The notes beneath the pieces are model-generated. The model had not been told where the DNA came from. It saw only the letters and a list, made by a program, of their open reading frames with translations, and searched no databases. A program made the position numbers and the translations under genes. Shown here piece after piece: positions 34,551-38,810 of a stretch of 38,810 bases of DNA (its first letter is position 1; each line of letters starts with the position of its first letter). The stretch comes from a virus (Duplodnaviria; Caudoviricetes): the IMG/VR virus record IMGVR_UViG_3300037419_002027, positions 1 to 38,810 of that record; one strand, given 5' to 3'.

Positions 34551-35593
34551 GTGCGTCCGTCTTCAAGAAGGGCCGTGTCTACCACTTCCGCTTCCAGGTG
34601 GCGGGCCGGCGCGTGCAGCGCAGCACCGGCATGACGAACAAGGCCGCCGCCGAGGCCGTCGCCCGGCGCGAGCATGACGCCGCGGTGGTTCGCGCCAACG
34701 GCGGCCAGCCTGTGCCGACGCTGGACCAGCTGGTGCACGACTGGATCGCCGTGCACCGGCCGGTGGCGAGCGGGGCGCACATTGCCAGCGTCGAGAAGTT
34801 CCGACGGCTGCACATGTACGGCCTGGGCGACAAGCGAATCGGTGACGTCACGACGGACGACGTCGAGCGCGCGCGCAACGAGCACTTGAATGGCCGGGCG
34901 CCGTCGACGGCCAATCACTGGCTCCGGATCCTCAAGCTGCTCACGCTGTGGGCCGTGAAGCGCAAGATCCTGGCGGCGTCGCCGTGGCGCGTGCCCATGC
35001 TCAAGGTGCAGAAGAAGCCGCGCCCGTTCCTGCCTGTAGACGTCGCCCGCACCTTCTTCGACGCCATCGACACCGCGACGGCTCGCGCGCCAGCGAAGGC
35101 CACGGCCGTGCGCCTGATGTTCGGTCTGGGCCTGCGCGAGGGCGAGACGCTGACGGCGCGCTGGGAGTGGTTCGACTGGGAGCGCTCGACGTACACGCCT
35201 GGCATCACGAAGGGCAGGGAGGCGGAACCGATACCGATGCCGCGCTGGCTGCGGGACTACCTCGCGCCGCTGCGCCAGGTGGAGGGGCTCGTGGTCACGA
35301 AGGCAAACGGCCAGTCGTACGGCGCCGGCTTCACGCGCCAGGTGCTGGGCAAAGCCAACGCCGCATGCGCGATCAAGGGCATCACGCCGCACCGCCTGCG
35401 CGGCACGTTCGCCACGCTGCTGTCGGAGGAGGGCGTGCCGATTCAGACCATCCAGAAGGTGATGCGCCACAAGAGCCACCTGACGACGATGGGCTACCTG
35501 GAGAAGAACCTCGACACGGCCGTGCGCGCTGCCGACGTGATCGGCGAAAAGACGGGACTGAGTGGCGCAAAAGTGGCGCGCATCGCCGCATAG
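34547..35593 (+). CDS. Second tyrosine recombinase
   Basis: Arm-binding-like N-terminus; GLREGE (R), TKG (K), HRLR, MRH..TMGY; GTGA-coupled to dnaB. Confidence 0.88.
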   Translation: MSASVFKKGRVYHFRFQVAGRRVQRSTGMTNKAAAEAVARREHDAAVVRANGGQPVPTLDQLVHDWIAVHRPVASGAHIASVEKFRRLHMYGLGDKRIGDVTTDDVERARNEHLNGRAPSTANHWLRILKLLTLWAVKRKILAASPWRVPMLKVQKKPRPFLPVDVARTFFDAIDTATARAPAKATAVRLMFGLGLREGETLTARWEWFDWERSTYTPGITKGREAEPIPMPRWLRDYLAPLRQVEGLVVTKANGQSYGAGFTRQVLGKANAACAIKGITPHRLRGTFATLLSEEGVPIQTIQKVMRHKSHLTTMGYLEKNLDTAVRAADVIGEKTGLSGAKVARIAA

Positions 35594-35708
35594 CGACCGT
35601 AAATCCAAGCAGTGCAGATTATCTACAGTCATCGGATATTGGCCCAGCCGAGCGCCCGATGAGCCGGCAAGCCGCGCGCCGACCTGCGCGGCACACTGAA
35701 AGGATGGT

Positions 35709-35885
35709 ATGCCCGACGAAGACAAGCCACGCGTGGCCCTCGCCCAACTGGTGCGCGACATGCGCGATAACATTGCTGCCCACATCGAGATCAGCCAGCT
35801 GCAGGCCCGCGTGACGCGCGCCAAGTATCTGGCTCTGGTCAAGGAGGGTTTCACAGAGCAGCAAGCACTGGAGCTCTGCAAGTAA
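35709..35885 (+). CDS. Hypothetical 58-aa protein (not in ORF track)
   Basis: AAGGA RBS; MPDEDK..KYLALVKEGFTEQQALELCK; TAATG coupling. Confidence 0.65.
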   Translation: MPDEDKPRVALAQLVRDMRDNIAAHIEISQLQARVTRAKYLALVKEGFTEQQALELCK

Positions 35886-36163
35886 TGCGCGGGCCGAACC
35901 CGGACTTCATCTGCGGCTTCTGCGAGCACTTCACCATGAAGGATGCGGAGCCGCAGTACACCGAGCTTGGACTCGGCCGGTGTCATGGTTTTGACAACGA
36001 CAACCAGACGCCGGCACGCTACGTCGAGTGGGACGCGGGGTGCGTTTTGTTCCGCCGCGACGTCGTAAGTTGGCAGGCTCGCAAGCGCTTCGTGGAGCAG
36101 CAGCGCGAATTGAAGGAGGCCAGTCTGCAACAGGGCGGAAATAGTATAAAAAATATTGAATGA
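35885..36163 (+). CDS. Hypothetical Cys-rich protein
   Basis: CGFCEHF..GRC..C..F. Confidence 0.6.
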   Translation: MRGPNPDFICGFCEHFTMKDAEPQYTELGLGRCHGFDNDNQTPARYVEWDAGCVLFRRDVVSWQARKRFVEQQRELKEASLQQGGNSIKNIE

Positions 36164-36226
36164 TCGCCGGAAATTTCCTGTTGGAACGGGCTAAAATTTC
36201 ACCTGTAACCCAACAGGAGAAACACC

Positions 36227-36655
36227 ATGTCCACCATCGCGATCCACGGCATTTTTGCTACCTCGAACATCCGCCGCGTGCGTCGTGAAGAGGTGGCAAA
36301 ACCCGCCTTCCAAAAGCCCGATCCGTACGCCCAGTTGATGGCGTGCTGGGCCGACTACATGCGCACCGACGACCGCGACTTGGGCGTCGGCGGCATGAAG
36401 CTGGCCAGCGACGCGGAACCGGACGTGAACGTGCACGACGCGCAGCGCGCCGCCGACATGAAGATGGGCGAGGCCGTCAACGCGATGGTCGACAGCCTGA
36501 CTGTGCTGCAGCGTGCGGCGATCTACCGCAGCCAGGGCATCGCCACCGCGTGGCGTTTCGCGAGTTCGAACTACGAGGCTGTGTTGCTCCAGGCGCGCGA
36601 GGACCTCGAAGAGAAGTTGAAAAAGAATCTTGCAACGCGAATTTATTTCTTGTAG
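36227..36655 (+). CDS. Putative Q-like late antiterminator/activator
   Basis: AGGAG RBS; W..M and sigma-region-4-like C-terminus; directly before promoter-terminator pair. Confidence 0.6.
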   Translation: MSTIAIHGIFATSNIRRVRREEVAKPAFQKPDPYAQLMACWADYMRTDDRDLGVGGMKLASDAEPDVNVHDAQRAADMKMGEAVNAMVDSLTVLQRAAIYRSQGIATAWRFASSNYEAVLLQAREDLEEKLKKNLATRIYFL

Positions 36656-36658
36656 AGT
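36630..36658 (+). promoter_or_regulatory. Late promoter (pR'-like)
   Basis: TTGCAA-17-TAGAGT. Confidence 0.65.
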
Positions 36659-36696
36659 TCGGTCACTGGGCGATTTCGCACGTCCAGAGAAAAGTA

Positions 36697-36723
36697 GAGC
36701 CCGCCACTGAGCGGGCTTTTTTT
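36697..36723 (+). terminator. tR'-like terminator
   Basis: AGCCCGC-CACTGA-GCGGGCT followed by T run. Confidence 0.8.
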
Positions 36724-36754
36724 CGTTTACGACCAGCCTGAAGGGCAATACAGC

Positions 36755-36946
36755 ATGACGAAGAAGATCCGCATCGAGAACGCCGATACCTCGCACCACA
36801 ACGTGAAGGTGACCGTGCAGCGCAAGAACTCGGACGGCGAGTGGCAGGACGTTCCGGCCGAAGCCATCGATATCAACAGCCCGACGCAGATGGTCGAGAA
36901 GTACATCCATTCGCACCAGCGGCTGGTCATCGAAGAAGTGGCGTAA
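36755..36946 (+). CDS. Hypothetical protein (63 aa)
   Basis: Host-like codon usage; first late ORF. Confidence 0.65.
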   Translation: MTKKIRIENADTSHHNVKVTVQRKNSDGEWQDVPAEAIDINSPTQMVEKYIHSHQRLVIEEVA

Positions 36947-37198
36947 CCGCATTCGCACCTGATCATCACGTAGAAGCGCGACGAAACGCGCATGGGATCA
37001 GAGTTGCCTGATGGGTTCCGGAGTGCCCACCCGGATAGCCCCAAACGACGGCACGATACGATTACACGAACTTGCCTTGGCATTGGCCAGAACAGACGAG
37101 CGCAGCCCCAGGCGCGCGTGACGTCACCGGACGCTGTAACCGGTATGAATTCGATTGTCTCCTGCTCGTGGTCGTTGCCAACCGCGCTCCGAGCATTT

Positions 37199-37222
37199 GC
37201 CCGCCGCCGTGCGGGCTTTTTT
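37199..37222 (+). terminator. Intrinsic terminator
   Basis: GCCCGC/GCGGGC stem followed by T6. Confidence 0.75.
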
Positions 37223-37247
37223 ATTCCCCAATCAGCGTGAGGTACCG

Positions 37248-37442
37248 ATGTCCACCGAGAACAAACGAAAGCCGCCCCGCGTGTCCGGCCTGGTCGCTCG
37301 TCAGGCGCGCGCCGCCTCGACGACGGCCGATACGCTGGCCCTGATCCTCGCCGAGCTGCAGCAGCTGCGCCGCGAGATGAAGGAGCGCGACGCCTACTAC
37401 GAATCGGTCGGCATGCCGGTACGCCCGATCGCCGAGGGCTGA
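37248..37442 (+). CDS. Hypothetical protein
   Basis: GAGG RBS; MSTENKRK. Confidence 0.55.
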   Translation: MSTENKRKPPRVSGLVARQARAASTTADTLALILAELQQLRREMKERDAYYESVGMPVRPIAEG

Positions 37443-37533
37443 TCGTGAGCGTCGAAGAAGAGCTTGCATACCTGCGCTATAAGGTGCAGCGGCTCCGTGA
37501 GCAAGTAGCCTACGACCGAATGCGGAGGGAAGC

Positions 37534-37758
37534 ATGCCGAGCCTGATCCTGATCTACCGCGACCGCATCGTGCGCGCCGTGGTCGGTACCCGCCCGGCTA
37601 TCCTGGCGAAGGAGGCCGACACTGTCGCCCTTGACCGGCTTTGCCGCGGACTGGTTGATGCCGAGGAGGCGAAAGCGCTGCTGTGTGCGAAGGGCTACGG
37701 CGCGCCCGCGCAGTCGCTTGTCGACCTGGTGCGCGCGCTGCCGCCTGCCGCTCGCTGA
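37534..37758 (+). CDS. Hypothetical protein
   Basis: GGAGG upstream; TGATG-coupled to HNH. Confidence 0.55.
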   Translation: MPSLILIYRDRIVRAVVGTRPAILAKEADTVALDRLCRGLVDAEEAKALLCAKGYGAPAQSLVDLVRALPPAAR

Positions 37759-38075
37759 TGGCCTGGGGTTCGAAGTCGCGGCACGAGCGCGGATACGACT
37801 CCACGTGGGTCCGGGTGCGGAACGCCGTCATGAAGCGCGACGAAGGCGAATGCCAGCCGTGCAAGCGGGCCGGCCGCACAACGCTGGCCACTGCGGTAGA
37901 CCACATCACCAGCAAGGCCACTGCTCAGCGCCTGCGCTGGACGCGCGCTCAGATTGACGCGCCGTCGAACCTGCAGGCGATCTGCACGCCCTGCCATGAC
38001 GCCAAGACCGAGGCCGAGCAGGGAAAAACGAAGCGGGTCAAGCGCCCGGTCGGCGACGACGGCTGGCCCACCTGA
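37758..38075 (+). CDS. Terminase-associated HNH endonuclease
   Basis: RGYD..W, CQPC, VDHI, NLQAIC..CH..KT; upstream of terS as with HK97 gp74. Confidence 0.9.
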   Translation: MAWGSKSRHERGYDSTWVRVRNAVMKRDEGECQPCKRAGRTTLATAVDHITSKATAQRLRWTRAQIDAPSNLQAICTPCHDAKTEAEQGKTKRVKRPVGDDGWPT

Positions 38076-38124
38076 AGGCGGCCTAGCGGCGCATTGTTGC
38101 TGGTTTGCAACGAAATCCCGGTGC

Positions 38125-38205
38125 GACCCCCGGGGGTGGTCGAATCTCTGGGGCAATCCGCGCAAGGGACCGCCGCCTCCCTCTTTTCGCACAACCGCGA
38201 AATGA
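38125..38205. other. Putative cos packaging region
   Basis: Non-coding gap between HNH and terS with G run and GACCGCCGCCTCC; exact cut site not determinable. Confidence 0.5.
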
Positions 38206-38230
38206 AACTTTTTTTTCTGGAGAGTTGACG

Positions 38231-38701
38231 ATGGCCGGGAGGCGCCCAACACCGACCGCACTGAAGCTGGTCAAGGGCAACCCCGGCAAGCGCGCGATCA
38301 ACAAGAAGGAACCGAAGCCGCGCGCGAAAGCGCCGACGTGCCCATCGCATTTGCCTCCGAAGGCGAAAGCGGTCTGGAAGAAGCTGTGCACGCTGCTGTT
38401 GAAGATGGGCGTGATGACCGAGGCCGACGGCCTGGCGCTGGAGCGGCTGTGCGACTGCTACGCCGACATCTTGGCGTGCCGGGAGTTGGTCGAGCGCGAT
38501 GGCCGCACGTACACGACCATCGACCAGAACAGCAACACCCTCATCAAAAACAACCCGGCGGTGAACCAACTGCGCGCGGCCGATGCCCAGTTCAAGAGCT
38601 ACCTCGTCGAGTTCGGGTTGACCCCGGCGGCGCGATCGAAAGTGAACGTGGACCTCGATGACGACGAAAAGGAAGACCCGCTCGGCAGCTACTTCAGCTG
38701 A
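38231..38701 (+). CDS. terS: Terminase small subunit (P27 family)
   Basis: GRRPTPT..GNPGKR, P.HL...AK..W, NPA, EFGLTPAAR motifs. Confidence 0.93.
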   Translation: MAGRRPTPTALKLVKGNPGKRAINKKEPKPRAKAPTCPSHLPPKAKAVWKKLCTLLLKMGVMTEADGLALERLCDCYADILACRELVERDGRTYTTIDQNSNTLIKNNPAVNQLRAADAQFKSYLVEFGLTPAARSKVNVDLDDDEKEDPLGSYFS

Positions 38702-38810
38702 TCCGGTCACCCAGTACGCGCGCGAGGTCGCGGCCGGCACGCGCATCGCCGGTCCGCACGTGCGCGCTCAGTGTCGCCGCCACCTCGCCGACCTGGAAAA
38801 CGGCGCCGCG
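38658..38810 (+). CDS. terL: Terminase large subunit, N-terminal part
   Basis: MTTKRKTRSAATSADPVTQYAR..; in frame with 2..1693 via the overlap. Confidence 0.8.
   Translation, partial: MTTKRKTRSAATSADPVTQYAREVAAGTRIAGPHVRAQCRRHLADLENGAA
38684..38810. repeat. 127-bp direct terminal repeat, right copy
   Basis: Identical to 1-127. Confidence 0.97.

Noticed and set aside
33944-36130. 728-aa minus-strand ORF and similar long antisense ORFs (3526-5133, 10125-11681, 15539-16708)
   Set aside because: Shadows of high-GC genes on the other strand; no motifs or coupling
36947-37222. CRISPR mini-array, tRNA or hammerhead ribozyme in the late leader
   Set aside because: No repeated units, no cloverleaf or T-loop, no intact CUGAUGA core
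37445-37546. 33-codon GTG ORF (MSVEEELAYLRYKVQRL)
   Set aside because: Plausibly real but too short to support from sequence alone

Overview
The window is an apparently complete, circularly permuted genome (38,683 bp unique plus a 127-bp end overlap) of a temperate HK97/lambda-like siphophage. The host is probably a betaproteobacterium (inferred from high GC, a CTGT-N8-ACAG SOS box and the tRNA fragments). Gene order: terL-portal-protease-capsid; an extra cluster of putative head-appendage genes; connectors, tail tube, frameshifted tail chaperones and tape measure; a very short tail-tip module; a SAR-endolysin/Rz/Rz1 lysis cassette; brnTA and an SOS-box gene; an att region with TWO tRNA 3' fragments (His, Ser) flanking a low-GC HEPN-like gene; int/xis; a second HEPN-motif gene; a C5 DNA methyltransferase; the cI/cro/cII switch with five visible operators; rep and dnaB; a SECOND tyrosine recombinase; a Q-like regulator with late promoter/terminator; HNH, cos region and terS. 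Most notable: the two-att/two-recombinase layout, the two HEPN-like accessory genes (one runs directly into a tRNA-His fragment, one is overlapped by a coupled antisense ORF), and a candidate RNA switch at the tail chaperone gene. All calls are by-eye motif and synteny recognition; no searches were run.
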